From an uncultured Eubacteriales bacterium (GTDB taxonomy: Bacteria > Bacillota > Clostridia > Christensenellales > CAG-917): a stretch of DNA of 64,000 nucleotides. The stretch lies in the NCBI GenBank assembly GCA_900322215.1, contig ONYW01000003.1, positions 9,199 through 73,198 of the forward strand. Reading direction: 5' to 3'. The notes beneath the pieces are model-generated. The model made no database searches. It saw nothing but the letters and a program-made list of their open reading frames with translations, and was not told where the DNA came from. This document shows positions 41,301-49,032 of the stretch, one piece after another (position 1 is the stretch's first letter; every line of letters begins with the position of its first letter). Position numbers and translations under genes: made by a program.

Positions 41301-41677
41301 TTGTTCCCGACTTTCTTACTGCTTAAGCGACGCAAAGATACGGTCGAGTCAAAATTCGTGTAGTCCTCGCCTGCGACTGCGGTGAAGTTTCTCGTGCGGA
41401 TTTTCACGTCGACACGGTCAAAAAGCACTCCCTCAGGAACGCTGTAAAAAACCTTCACCTGGACAGTGGAGTCTCCCGCTCCCGTCGTCTTTTCCGTCAC
41501 GAGGTTTTCTTCGTCAAAAGACAGTCCGACCTTGTAGTCTTCAAGCCAGTCCGGCGTTGCGTATGCGACGCTCGGCTCCGCGCTTAAAACAAGTGAGAAC
41601 GTAATGCATCCGAGCATCATGACGAATGCTACGATCAAAAATATTTTTCTTGCATATACTGCTTTTGAAACTTTCAT
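29369..41677 (-). CDS. Giant (4102 aa) surface protein / adhesin-like, with duplicated beta-rich module and C-terminal membrane anchor
   Basis: Signal peptide MKVSKAVYARK...AYA; the start overlaps the VirD4-like stop (ATGA). Calx-beta-like TRNFTAVAGEDY; repeated Ig-like DxxAP motifs; C-terminal TM plus RKRRKV; no LPxTG. Confidence 0.88.
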   Translation of the reverse strand: MKVSKAVYARKIFLIVAFVMMLGCITFSLVLSAEPSVAYATPDWLEDYKVGLSFDEENLVTEKTTGAGDSTVQVKVFYSVPEGVLFDRVDVKIRTRNFTAVAGEDYTNFDSTVSLRRLSSKKVGNKVIYYDTVTISINKNRERLVIGSNSQQDQAFWPYFYVELYDVLTDNLSVQENAKAVKVKVRSTDVKSYIYNNLDNQLFNGQNHTFFHGYVGSTIDTYSNLEIYSEDKAGQTLTASQSFINSTMGSYGGYSDLQREYINTGLGNLYIGGQLKLDESGVTMTSTCTLKIYDGSTAGTQLYTIELRHIDENTLVFGKSYGDMVHKNESFASDEYHFKSSGKLSWPTEYHFMKLSSGTIYETFLSGSNYWRKTYEWKLQGIVVDETSPYIKSWHIDQSSIQEGEKIRISVRFNEPINAMESDLSSIKLNTTLVGSGGFNGYNATFNCVSPAVDYGKYVYYSGQHIKGLVTDTLVFEFDPHAATDTNGNPLLGTISSIDVKGFTNLNKVYDYGRNRSDSNNYCKNYNTLASLEADKCSPRQTRSSMTLSFDNRAPIVEMSDDIPSDYVNDFSTTITTSGSGNIFGTFCLVSTSPNLDYTRVASPKKENIANYFELVGETFVKTTDTDIVEGKTYYFYKRLDLARAYWFNSGSNHYYLGQGNMSDEDWARYNEAIRYKADAAYPIWSSTKDPIDINLKDLSGKYYVHVLAKTNYSKTGTASAYDTRTVYGPIKVDNSAPKFENIQVDGSAQQKTVSVRVDELAGINKIEVHFREVRFDADDPESETKTLTVLERNNDGTFSDPNGFGATFENGVLTFTVKAKEHVGLTEEEGGKNFGDFYIGLSGLDIVNNQSSIYSTEDKASFDMRVLFRPYVKVDGEYVTFNDPSDTENYLMPYKASEKIAFYAGDAYVVDISGGSKTIVIGHPGASDAVDGYAFTSIHKMENNVRALLSFDGDKIVLSADNSITYFENVVVDQNGGNDAFVTFDATTPGYYEFTTHAKYAGEETFSYTQRFYVTNGNEESVGQNYDSVSNVGVNIKNKVFALSTSRFYARTGTGMGSSSSSYYNGSEQPVVFSDQLKALDYVIAMEYSDLYPVRVTNDILRLFNNGTLTIERGVNRRPALNEVWIRYKASTWNFSTAQRDWTYYYYGGTSVTPDSIDVNELSASLKQAIDNVAAKIVGRGADLYVNSATGMDADTGALYIDPIRIPRSFTVEHPLSAPTTTFVNTGATESQFVYTFDKDIYYDLYNGKEDAKLISSYRFTYTNSTKIYFAPAEMVDDKPNLDMNAYRDSFALLTTPYLSQSVTESGFYVVRELDEKGMRDFAVYVDKDTPTVSIEYKDLDGQNGSAWWTKSNDGDVLHTTDFTIRNLEDKTPNDNYQVYSDGVDADLYAYVAIFELTYGEKTFVHGFALSDHTSYELPYGIYLVEVCDRAGNRFSVTVSRAKTVLDTVITITENDNVKYVIPDRLPTEIERLIVTRPGYAAEEVDFATVATQFDDGTYGLTYTDAGRYEFSVTDKYGYTISPANDPDTGMIHSIAELTRKVPSDIVKWYSISSDNRYVELPAGDVSLFRSDTYYIANDDKLAFSVDSTSIFSFTFTGNVTYTTEEKKMEDGKTYLYVKVNSTERWSVKIYYTLYPELSATYNRIAKKAVVPAAIDLRPLERSSTGVAQADESGRIVVYVGTQNEIVDPITVKVKTRDRSAIASLGDYDTYEGTVTLTADNREQIVVLQTHPLGFSTYNTSTYEYANRTFDLFIDEIVGNAEKGKATLECACPGKQEINIASKEGIQVFEAYLSGTKTGLQNVVFEKLFSTRSTGRTQEANSDFSLDSTWMSMFINTGLARAYVGERLSLSADDSSTYPDLRLTLSDNTTGSQLFRVYIKEIDENMNVHFGHSYDGDLKVSNESYDKNTSIVMSENRGDAISGRYFLVPTGSKGSLRFNAFEQEGSYVVYNSQGGASTYYIVPARNINDPTAYAVLIDSTAPTVQSWHIDHNTIRVGDKLRLSVRFSEPVYVSGKNPVVTANVVGALTGIDFTYAGGAGTDTLYFEFDPSVSKVEINAEAITIASVSNFDSICDYAYNESKLNNKVGTNGVSLPRNSEWDSTCALDTRTPKMDIDSTYTIPAAPIKSTTVPIAVSKTTKGAVMEYAWTVEPEAPAIYTNKEVLTSTSQVVRLQANGFSGTYYLHVYMKSVYGKVSTQTFGPFLFDNSAPSITGLMVEEATKALKERNVTFYVNDEPRGNASSGIVQIYAYYLFRGESASKTLLLYEAGRDEKLNKFNIPENNRVSFLLTYADLGISKEDQKDVTLAFYAVDSLGNVASITNYTYCPTNVNFDARSEVGVTMSCEKTEFFNADGTPVFSTAGTLPKFHFTFSRQADEYDIRELYIGDKKIVAYTEEGTRIDNSGIEQYVDMDNSSSDADGVHVVFKQDLVGYIRINFIAISGMEANRSIQTSEDVAFYLTLGADVAETANYKATQSGTLFINKVYQLDTAVFYYHANGRVSQLNYSNVGAEKSGIADVMSFSSRDKAIEYVRFYEMQDLGVLYIGTPGMATSLNSGDGSYLKAAADAPIQASVGQYWVRYKRATWNNSTQPSDWVYYFLGTSSEIDPERLPSSLSDAIGQVTTTIVDRGTYRYLTSYDDGLDENGSPRLRKEQVVTSALRSYLTLSGNEMRSAVAFSGDPDIYNSEITTPSGEVCSLVTTYRFEYSNFTKIFYTNQIGADGKAIAKEYKLLPEGTVFGSLNIDSGTYWIRECDANGVRDFKVYLDKTAPTIEVVYENAKGESILGELDASLDGSSRNGKSLTIKGFSDKIAEIDNMAYIAVFRKNGVLESVYRIEDIPTYGIEISEGQYYVEVADRSGNMYRINMYMNSTPMTVKVLVEENRNIRIQCNRDASEIKTYEIYLDGKLIESNYVNNVTYYQAGVYSIRIEDWFGNTFSYDYELKREQPQLEWFWYDLNEGGQDVPYDGTQTNLKISKMGEREYQIVTNKPLMFTFDTNADYEFQFSESNVTYRKTDFSDRTRVRINEAIDWTLTVRYAKFPEIYVIYHCLVDLTAPIINVTARQDIVRYVDAQQVDNANKGIVDSTLITEDEQGNKYLTPNSEFFFVSKTISKAVRNNSTVYSPIITLQFTDDSICSEVDVYVDDVLIRSFSESGGVSNVTVNRFGTYRVVARDTLGNESEFTFVNKEADGAKLFVDERELSLKLSPADSISEEDGQYVYPPDAYAYDHMEVKYDGSATIVFMVEKNGKKQYLRYEVVDGALYSVVYQLSLSEDTVVYDESGNVIHQYQQVYSSMIIPDLNKAERNKTYQITSEETVGVDILVRIDEEGHVYYRVEAPKEGEASVTMRIMYSEEYQPYFVKAILCGELPEITFEITGDEGKQVTPTSTDNIIYLNGEFFIVETSFKNVTSVEIAHSDTTDFENYQIVYTPSEGYKKILMTEEGFYSVIAKNIYGRVAKFVVIMSSELRVVVTTEYTDGTSNTYSASTKRSFKANESVTIDIYFEDITYVLTRNGVRGEQIHLHDASGVCSLAWKEEGMYEIVITDEFGNVVELSFEIASQSFTFKHDYLTGYNEKALKLAEGYTNKKLSIDATKMINDGILQAIVQYGEQQIVAYDVLKSNGTGLVPELLTDVIGSLGDGVYILKMRNEYGNVTQTLLHYRGTDTISVSRTIRTSRDPEPIQIVAGEQNKVYSNFNVTFETIARSYEIRIDGNRADMPLVVAYPADGEEAGEYVSVVTYVDEYGFEYEFEVNLVRKTLDIDLASFMKIVTINDVVMTQDNVKIEFDSSVKCEVSLSGGERMPYKSGDVMTADGTYRFYITDVAGNIFTTMVKKDTLVEFAFINGYNDRPVENGGVITQGSARFVTVNKDSSKIDLIVLNGVEYDPSQAIGFGETGKWEFLISDDIGNKTYFYFYVVTHEISRFEYVSPYTYKITNVQYDAGDGVLISYMNNVTQYANNSKMIFDERGLYLVTVSSMVSSAQFSFEIAIDKTIPKAQLSGVENGGSTIENVTLTDCQVGDVIQVYKNGNLTQTVVVTSESMKLPEIKEKGEYKIVITNAAGNEKVFEFTRQYTANVATTITIIVVCLLVSIGLFVVLLLRKRRKV

Positions 41678-44250
41678 TGCCTTTCCCCTCCTTTCGGAAC
41701 AAGGTCTTGCCGGAATAAATCTTCTATTTTGGCGTTCGGATGACTTTGTTTGTATTGCTTCCACATTCTCGTGATGTCTTGCACGGCTTGAGCGTCATCC
41801 TCCGCTCTTTCTTCCACCATATCGGTCGTTTCTTCGCGAGACGCCTGCGTTTCGGCAAGATATTCGGCATACTCTGCGTCAGCCGCCGCTTCTTTCGTCT
41901 CCGCCTGCCTGTCTATGGTGTTTGTCTCACCGCCCGAAACGGTGTCATAGTCGCCGCTTTCGCCTTGCGTATCGCTGTCAGCCTGCGCGTTTTGCGTCTC
42001 TTCCGCGCCGGTCTGTGCGCCTTGCGTCTCTTCCGCTTGCGCTTGTGCCGCGGCTCTCTTTTCCGCTTTTTCTTTTTGGTCTTTTTCGACGAGGTCGTTG
42101 CGAATCGCAATATTGTAGAACGCCTCTTTCTCGTCAAACAAGCGGTTGTTGAGTTCGGACGTGTCCATCTTGCCCATCTTGTAGAACGGCACCTTGAAGC
42201 TCGGTGTGAAGTACGTCATGAGCGGATAGTTACCAAAGGTAACGACGATAGAGTGCCCGATGTCGCCCGGGTGATTGAGTCTTTGAAGTTCCGACGGGTA
42301 GATGAGAGGTCTCACCTGCATTTGCGTGGTGACGTTGATGTCGCGCGCGCTGTTCGCGCTACCCGAAGAACTGTTTGTTGCAACGGTGATGTTTCCGCAA
42401 AGTTCGCTGTACTCTTTGCAGGTGCCCATATCGTTTGAACCGATAAACATCTTTATGCCGCAGTTGCCCTTGACGATGTCCGCGACCTTGTCGCCGTACA
42501 CGTTGTTGAGCTGTGCGTAGGACTGAATGATCATATTGAACCAAATTTTACGGCTACGTCCGACCGTAATCATCTTGTCGAACTTGTCGATCTTTGGCAT
42601 GTTTGCAAATTCGTCGAGGATGTAGTAGACGTTGCGCGGCAACGACAAATCCTCGTAGGTGGACGCGATCTTGATGAGAGCCTTGTAGATGGACAACATA
42701 AAGATTGCCGCAAGGTTGTATCTCGTGTCCTTTTCGTCAGGTATCTTCAAGAAGAGCGCGGTCGGGCGATCGGCGAGGTTTTCAGGAACAAAGTCACTCG
42801 CGGATGTGAGGGCGCAGATACCCGAGTCGTTGAACATCGTGAGTTTTTCGTACACGATAGACATATAGCTCGCGCGGGTCGATTCCGCCGCGTCGCAGAC
42901 TTGTTTTGAAAGCGCAAGAGCTTTTGATAGCGGATTCCTGCCCGCAAAGTATCTGCGAAGTTCATAGTAGTCCTTGTTGGAGTTTTGCAATATCTTGGCA
43001 AGGTTGAAGAAGTTGAACTTCTCTTTTACCATGCCGAGGCGCGGATCTTCGCTGTCTTCGAGCATTGCAAGAAGCGTTGCGAGCGTGATTGCTCTCGCGC
43101 CTTTTTCCCACATAGGGTCTTTTTCGTTCTCGACGGGTACGAGCGCGGACACGAGGTCGTTGAGGTCCTCGTACACTTCGTCGAACGTTCTCTTTTTGTA
43201 AATCTTGACCGCCGTCTTCAAACTCGCCATGCTCGAATAGGCTTTGTTGTCGAAGACGTACCAGTTTTCGCCCGGCACAAAGGATTCGAGAGGATCCGCC
43301 GGCGCGAAGTCCTTAGAGTTATATTCTTCGCTGTGTCTGAACACGTTGTGACTCGCGTTTGCATACTCCTGGTAGTGATCCCAAATGGAGTCGAGCGGAT
43401 TCCACCTGTACGAGGAGTATGTGTCGCGCAGGTCGATGACCTTGACGTCATAGCCTCTCTCTTTCAAGAAACCGCTGTGCAAGGAGAAAAGCTCGCCCTT
43501 CGGGTCCGTCATAATCATAGAGGAGCCCGCAGCCGACGCGCCGATAAGTTGGATCATCGGGTTGACGAAGGTGGTCGTCTTACCTGAACCGGTAGAACCG
43601 ATGATGATCGAGTGGCAAGGAGAGTTGAACAAGATGTCCATATCCTTGCCCTTGCTGTTGACTTGCGCCATGACGGGGACGCCGTCCTTCTTTGTGTTCG
43701 CAAGTTCGCTGTATTTGTACGGTTTGAAAATGCTGTTCTTTTCTTTGTCGTTCATCCAGCGGGAATTTTCGAGGTTGGCTTCTACCTCTTTGAGTTTGCC
43801 CTTTCCGCCTATACCCGTATATCTCATGAATTTCCAAAGGTCTCTGTCGATAAATCCGAGGTAGACCGCAAGGAACGCGACGAGAATCGAGAACTGAATG
43901 CCGAAGAATCTCCAATCCCAGCGGAAGATTTTGTTGAACGTGCCCGCCCAGTCGAAGTTGTCGAGATGGTCGTGGTTGACGATAAGTCCGAACACTGCGA
44001 TTGCGAGGAACAAAGATATGAGAATGGACGCGCAAAGCGTAAACACGATGTCATACACCTTTCCGCTCAAAATCTTGTGCGAGAAGATGATCGCACCTAT
44101 GTTCATAAGCACGAAGAACGAAAGTCCCGTATATGCAAACGCGTTTGCAACGCTCATCATTCCCGTCGCCGCGAGCACAGGCAACACGACTACGACGGAT
44201 ACGCCGAGACAGACGCCAAACAATATCAATGTAAAAAGCCACTTTTTCAT
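41674..44250 (-). CDS. VirD4/TraG-like type IV coupling ATPase
   Basis: N-terminal TM helices; Walker A GSTGSGKT; TDPKGEL; RWNPLD; Walker B YILDEFAN; TVGRSRKI...IQSYAQLNNVYG. Confidence 0.92.
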   Translation of the reverse strand: MKKWLFTLILFGVCLGVSVVVVLPVLAATGMMSVANAFAYTGLSFFVLMNIGAIIFSHKILSGKVYDIVFTLCASILISLFLAIAVFGLIVNHDHLDNFDWAGTFNKIFRWDWRFFGIQFSILVAFLAVYLGFIDRDLWKFMRYTGIGGKGKLKEVEANLENSRWMNDKEKNSIFKPYKYSELANTKKDGVPVMAQVNSKGKDMDILFNSPCHSIIIGSTGSGKTTTFVNPMIQLIGASAAGSSMIMTDPKGELFSLHSGFLKERGYDVKVIDLRDTYSSYRWNPLDSIWDHYQEYANASHNVFRHSEEYNSKDFAPADPLESFVPGENWYVFDNKAYSSMASLKTAVKIYKKRTFDEVYEDLNDLVSALVPVENEKDPMWEKGARAITLATLLAMLEDSEDPRLGMVKEKFNFFNLAKILQNSNKDYYELRRYFAGRNPLSKALALSKQVCDAAESTRASYMSIVYEKLTMFNDSGICALTSASDFVPENLADRPTALFLKIPDEKDTRYNLAAIFMLSIYKALIKIASTYEDLSLPRNVYYILDEFANMPKIDKFDKMITVGRSRKIWFNMIIQSYAQLNNVYGDKVADIVKGNCGIKMFIGSNDMGTCKEYSELCGNITVATNSSSGSANSARDINVTTQMQVRPLIYPSELQRLNHPGDIGHSIVVTFGNYPLMTYFTPSFKVPFYKMGKMDTSELNNRLFDEKEAFYNIAIRNDLVEKDQKEKAEKRAAAQAQAEETQGAQTGAEETQNAQADSDTQGESGDYDTVSGGETNTIDRQAETKEAAADAEYAEYLAETQASREETTDMVEERAEDDAQAVQDITRMWKQYKQSHPNAKIEDLFRQDLVPKGGERQ

Positions 44251-47200
44251 TATTCTCCCTCACTTTCCGACGTATCGCCTTCGTCGCTTATTGAGTCCGG
44301 ATCCGTTTGCGTCTCCTCTTTGTGCCTTTGGTTGTACGCTCTCACGTCATCCAAGGACGCAACCGTGACAAGGGTGTAGAAGCCCGTATCGACTTCCGGT
44401 TCTATTTGGTATTTATAAACGGATGACAAATTGACTTTGAAGCCTTCCGAATCACGCAGTTCCGTGTATACGACAAAGTCGCCGACGCCACTGATGTTGC
44501 CGATTTTTTCGATGGCGATAGGTTGGGCGTCAAGCGAAGTGTTCCCCGTGAACGGATTCAAAACCGCTTCTTGCAAACCGGTGATGATCTCCACAAATTC
44601 ACCGTCGATGTTGTCGAGCATCGTGTACGGACTATCTTCAAAGAGCAAGCATCTGCCGACAACGTTGATTGCCGTCTTCTCGTCCGACGGGAATTCAACC
44701 GCCGCGCCTGCGTTTTTGATGTTGTTGATCCACATTGCCATATTGCCGTTCGTATCCACAAAGATAAAGGACAATACGGAAGTTTCCGTGAGATCGCTCT
44801 CGAAGACATACGGCAAGATGAAGTAGCCGTTTGACGTATAGAACGCACCGTCATACAAAAGTCTCGTGGACATATACTCTGCGCTCGCGCGCTTTTCGTT
44901 TGCGGCAAGTTTCTCGGTAATCGCGTTCGTGTATGACGTGAACGTTTCGAGATCCTCGAAGCCGAACAAGCGCATTGCGACAGTACGGTAGTCGTCGACC
45001 GAATAGTTGACTCCGCTGCCGTTCAACCAAATTGCGAACGCCTTATTAAGTCCGATGACCACGCTGTCGGACGTCTTGTAATCGTTGTGTCTGCCGTAGT
45101 TTCTGTTTGCAGAACTGTAAAGTTGTTGTGCAAAGTCAAAGAAATTGCTGTATGCGCCGTAGTAGCGGTTGTTTGTGTCAAGCCCCCAATAGTCCTCGTT
45201 CGGGCGACTCTCGAAGAACGTCGCGAAATACCCGCTAAGCGCGTCGAATGAGACGACCGTTTCGTCCTTGAATTGCGCATGATCTTCACGAGCCTCGCGC
45301 TTTGCAAGCACGGAGACGTCTCCGCCCGCTTTCAGCACCTTGCTCAAAAGGTTGTCTTCGCAGTAGTATATGACGGAATTTTCCGTGGAAACGGTATAGT
45401 CTGCGCGATCAAATCCCTCCATTGTTTCCGTGCAGTTGCCGGGAAGTTCGTTGCGGAATTTGTAGACAGAACGGACTTCTTGGAGGTTTTCCGTTCCTTC
45501 CTCGCCGACAAACGTGAAACTTTCGTTACCGCTCGTGACGTATTGTGTGACTTCTTGTCCGTCCACAATGGCAGTGCGCGTGCGCGGGAACCAATGATAT
45601 CCCGGAGATTCCGTCGTTTTGCAACGTCCGTACACGTTGACGCCGTGGGCTTGCGTATCGTTGACGCAATCCATAGCCATACTTGCGTCGCTGATAAACA
45701 CCGTCGTTCTCGGGCTTCCCGAAACGTTGTCTATGATGACGTAAACAAAGAAGCTTCTCTGTTCGCCTCCGTCCTCGGTATTCGCCCACCAAGAAAGCCT
45801 GTACGGAAGGATAAACATATCTCCGCCCTCTACGCTTTCATAAACCGCGCCGTCATAGGCACATTGATCGGCAATAGAATTCATCGTCGCTCTTGCGGAA
45901 TTTGCAAGCATTGTGTCGCGCACGCCCGCCACGTCTGTCAAAAACTCGTCTACATCGGTATATCCGAACATCTTTGCGACAAGATCGCGGTATCCGGAAA
46001 CGGACAAAGGAGTATCGACCGACTGTGCAAAATCATGATCGAGCCCGACGACCGCAGCCGCATTTTGCTGCATTGCCATAGGTTGCGAATTATAATACGG
46101 TTCGACCGTTGCCGCCGAGGCATAAGGTATAAACGCCTCAAGCATTTTTTCGTACATGTTTATTCCGAAAAAGTTTTGCACGCCTTGCTCGTTGCAATAA
46201 CGCAACAGGAGTTCTGCATATTTGGCGAGTTTTTCAAACGATTCTCTCGTCGTGTTCGGGACTTCTCTGTTGAGCGTAATACCTTCAAACGGGATTTCGT
46301 ACGTCGAGGTCCTTATGGCGTCGGGCATATCCGCGTCATAGGTGCATACGATAGCGTTCGCTCCGCCCTCGTGGTAATCAACGAAGACGTTGCAGCCGCA
46401 ATAATAGAGGTCGAGGTCGCCAAGCGTGCGTCTTATATCCTCTGCCACGCAAGAATCAAAGACATAATCCATATAGACGTTCTCGGTTCTTCGCGTCGTA
46501 CGGTCGAGCCAATTCTCGCCGTAGAGCGCCAAGCTGAAATCCGGGAAGGAGTCTACCGTATCCATACGTATTTGCGTCTTCACCGGCGTGACTGAGGTGT
46601 AGTTGCCGTGTCCGTCAAAACCTACGACGACGACATAGTAACCCGTCTCGTCGATTTCGGAGCGTGCGTCCGCACCGTGTACGCCAAACGACGTCAAATC
46701 TTCCACCCAGCCTGCTGTCTTGTAATAGTCGACGCTCGAAACGCTCATGCCGAGAGGAAGGTTCGTTGGTCTGTACTGATTCGCAACGGTGTACGGATTA
46801 TAATATTGAATCGCGCGTATAAACTCTACGTATGACGGATCATATTGATCGATGTAATCTTCTTCAAACCATTCGAGTTCTTCGATGGATTGATCGAGTA
46901 TGTCTCTGTTTCTCGTGATGAATCTTCTTCTTTCAAAGACGACCTTGTCCATCTCCGCCGCGACGGGATCGATGATAAGTTCGGCAGTGAGAGGTCTCGG
47001 AGCGTTGTAGTTTTTGTCCGAAACGCTAAAGGTTGCGGTTGCGCGGTAGGTGCCCGCGTTTACGCCGGAGTTTTGAGAATACGTCACGCTGACTCCGACG
47101 GGAAGCGTGCCTTGAAGTTCTATCTTCTTCTCCGTACCGTCAAACGACTCGCGCGTGCCGTTGAAATGCACTGCGGACATATCATAATCCGCTTTTTCTA

Positions 47201-48218
47201 TTGTTAGAATAGCGGTTTTCGGCTCTATCGGCTTATAGTTCACCGTGTCTTCAACCGCAAAAATCGCCTTCACTTCATAAGCGCCCGCGCTTATTTGTCC
47301 GTTGTTTTCATAGGACACGCTGACGCCCTGCGGAAGCATGCCTTGAACTGCGAGTTCGTGCCTCGTTCTGTCATACACTTCCGTGCTGTTTTCAAACAGT
47401 ATGCCCGAGACGTCGATCGTCGCTTGCTCTATCGTGAGCACCGCCTCTTTCGGGCTTATGAGGTTGTAGTTTGCAGAATCTCCCGCAAACGTCGCTTGCA
47501 CCGTATAGGAGCCTGCGTTTTTTGCGGAGTTTCCGCTCTCTTCTTTTCCGCCTTCGCGGGTTATCGTATAGTCAACGTACAATCCCGCAGGCACTTCGCC
47601 TTCGAGCGCAAGCACGTGCGGATTGCCGTCATAAGTTTCGGTTTTGTCGGCAAAGACAACTTTTGAAAGATCGTAATCCGCCTTTCTTATCGTCACTTTC
47701 GCCTTCATTTCTTTCATTTCGTAGGCGTCTCTTCTGAGAATCGCCGTCGCCTCGTATTCGCCGGCGTTGCGGAATCTGTTCGTCGTCGGATACGTCACCG
47801 TCGTTCCTTCAGGAACGTTCTTCACTTCTACCGTATAAAATTCACCCGTGTATACAACGTTAAGGTCATTGAACTCCGCTCCCTCGAACACGTTGCGACG
47901 AACATTGACCTTTACGATCGTTGTCTTGTCCTTGTAGGAAACGGGGATTTCATAATCGCCTTCGATAAAGAATTTCAATCTGTCGCTTGCCGCGATCATT
48001 TCGGGCGCGAGGGTAAAGACTTCTTGCTTGCCCGAATGATACGTCGCCGTAACGGTATAATCGCCGTATTCAAATTCTCCCACGCGAACGGATATTTCAC
48101 CTGGGTTTACGGAAATCTCTTCAATGTCATCTATGTTACACGCAAAAAGCGTGACAGCGCACAGCGCCATCAAACAAACGATAGCCGATATGAAAAATAT
48201 TCTTTTCTTATTTTTCAT
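44250..48218 (-). CDS. Large (1322 aa) lipoprotein with Ig/MBG-like repeats
   Basis: Lipobox TLFAC after MKNKKR; about four repeats of type YDGxxHxLxxxGxLPxGVxVxY; duplicated C-terminal domain; the stop overlaps the VirD4-like start (TAATG). Confidence 0.85.
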   Translation of the reverse strand: MKNKKRIFFISAIVCLMALCAVTLFACNIDDIEEISVNPGEISVRVGEFEYGDYTVTATYHSGKQEVFTLAPEMIAASDRLKFFIEGDYEIPVSYKDKTTIVKVNVRRNVFEGAEFNDLNVVYTGEFYTVEVKNVPEGTTVTYPTTNRFRNAGEYEATAILRRDAYEMKEMKAKVTIRKADYDLSKVVFADKTETYDGNPHVLALEGEVPAGLYVDYTITREGGKEESGNSAKNAGSYTVQATFAGDSANYNLISPKEAVLTIEQATIDVSGILFENSTEVYDRTRHELAVQGMLPQGVSVSYENNGQISAGAYEVKAIFAVEDTVNYKPIEPKTAILTIEKADYDMSAVHFNGTRESFDGTEKKIELQGTLPVGVSVTYSQNSGVNAGTYRATATFSVSDKNYNAPRPLTAELIIDPVAAEMDKVVFERRRFITRNRDILDQSIEELEWFEEDYIDQYDPSYVEFIRAIQYYNPYTVANQYRPTNLPLGMSVSSVDYYKTAGWVEDLTSFGVHGADARSEIDETGYYVVVVGFDGHGNYTSVTPVKTQIRMDTVDSFPDFSLALYGENWLDRTTRRTENVYMDYVFDSCVAEDIRRTLGDLDLYYCGCNVFVDYHEGGANAIVCTYDADMPDAIRTSTYEIPFEGITLNREVPNTTRESFEKLAKYAELLLRYCNEQGVQNFFGINMYEKMLEAFIPYASAATVEPYYNSQPMAMQQNAAAVVGLDHDFAQSVDTPLSVSGYRDLVAKMFGYTDVDEFLTDVAGVRDTMLANSARATMNSIADQCAYDGAVYESVEGGDMFILPYRLSWWANTEDGGEQRSFFVYVIIDNVSGSPRTTVFISDASMAMDCVNDTQAHGVNVYGRCKTTESPGYHWFPRTRTAIVDGQEVTQYVTSGNESFTFVGEEGTENLQEVRSVYKFRNELPGNCTETMEGFDRADYTVSTENSVIYYCEDNLLSKVLKAGGDVSVLAKREAREDHAQFKDETVVSFDALSGYFATFFESRPNEDYWGLDTNNRYYGAYSNFFDFAQQLYSSANRNYGRHNDYKTSDSVVIGLNKAFAIWLNGSGVNYSVDDYRTVAMRLFGFEDLETFTSYTNAITEKLAANEKRASAEYMSTRLLYDGAFYTSNGYFILPYVFESDLTETSVLSFIFVDTNGNMAMWINNIKNAGAAVEFPSDEKTAINVVGRCLLFEDSPYTMLDNIDGEFVEIITGLQEAVLNPFTGNTSLDAQPIAIEKIGNISGVGDFVVYTELRDSEGFKVNLSSVYKYQIEPEVDTGFYTLVTVASLDDVRAYNQRHKEETQTDPDSISDEGDTSESEGE

Positions 48219-48235
48219 TTCTTTTTTCTCTCCTG

Positions 48236-49027
48236 TCACGACCTGTATTTTTTCGGGCCGGTAAAGTCCGACCAATCGGAGTAGTTTGCCATATATACTC
48301 CCTGATAGGCGTTTATCGCCTTTATGTCGCCTTTTATATAATCGTAATAGTCACAACCGAATTTCTCGGGGTTCACCGCATACGCGTTGTGCGATTTTAC
48401 GAGGATATCCGCTCCGCCGAGTTCCTTCAGCGTCTTCACAAGCACCGCCCACACCTGCGACAGGTATTGGCTGTCTCTGCCCTCTCCGCTGTCCTCGAAT
48501 ATATTGATAAGCAGTTCCGAACGGGTGCAAGCCGCGCCCTTTTTGTCGATGAGATATGCGAGAAGTTCCTTTGCTTTCGCTCTCGGGAAGTGCACTTGCT
48601 TGTCGTTGCAAAAGAACTCGAAGTTGCCGAAGGTCTGCGCATAGAACTTGTTCCCGCCTTTATCCGTCGTCGGATACAACAGATTGTCAAACTGTTCGCG
48701 CAAGCGATCCTCGTCAACGGGTTTTAGCAAATATCCGCTCGCGTGCAGGCGTATCGCGTCCATCATATACTCGTTGTAGCCCGTCACGAACACGATGTTT
48801 ACGTGCGGATATATGACTTTGACCAAGTGCGCAAATTTGATTCCCGTCATCTCGAACATCTGCACGTCGCTGAAAATCACGTCGGGCTTTGCTCCGCCTT
48901 CAAGCAGTTGCAACGCCTTGTTCGGATCCTGAAAAGTAAAGATTTGCGCCTCGGGACGAACGGATTGTATCGCGTCGGTCAGGGATTTCAGTGCGAGTTC
49001 TTCGTCATCAACAACAAAAACGATCAT
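48236..49027 (-). CDS. Response regulator (receiver plus winged-helix-like output domain)
   Basis: VVDDE, FSDVQM, FVTGY, YLLKP; output domain VHFPRAKAKELLAYLIDKKG. Confidence 0.9.
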   Translation of the reverse strand: MIVFVVDDEELALKSLTDAIQSVRPEAQIFTFQDPNKALQLLEGGAKPDVIFSDVQMFEMTGIKFAHLVKVIYPHVNIVFVTGYNEYMMDAIRLHASGYLLKPVDEDRLREQFDNLLYPTTDKGGNKFYAQTFGNFEFFCNDKQVHFPRAKAKELLAYLIDKKGAACTRSELLINIFEDSGEGRDSQYLSQVWAVLVKTLKELGGADILVKSHNAYAVNPEKFGCDYYDYIKGDIKAINAYQGVYMANYSDWSDFTGPKKYRS

Positions 49028-49032
49028 TGCCC

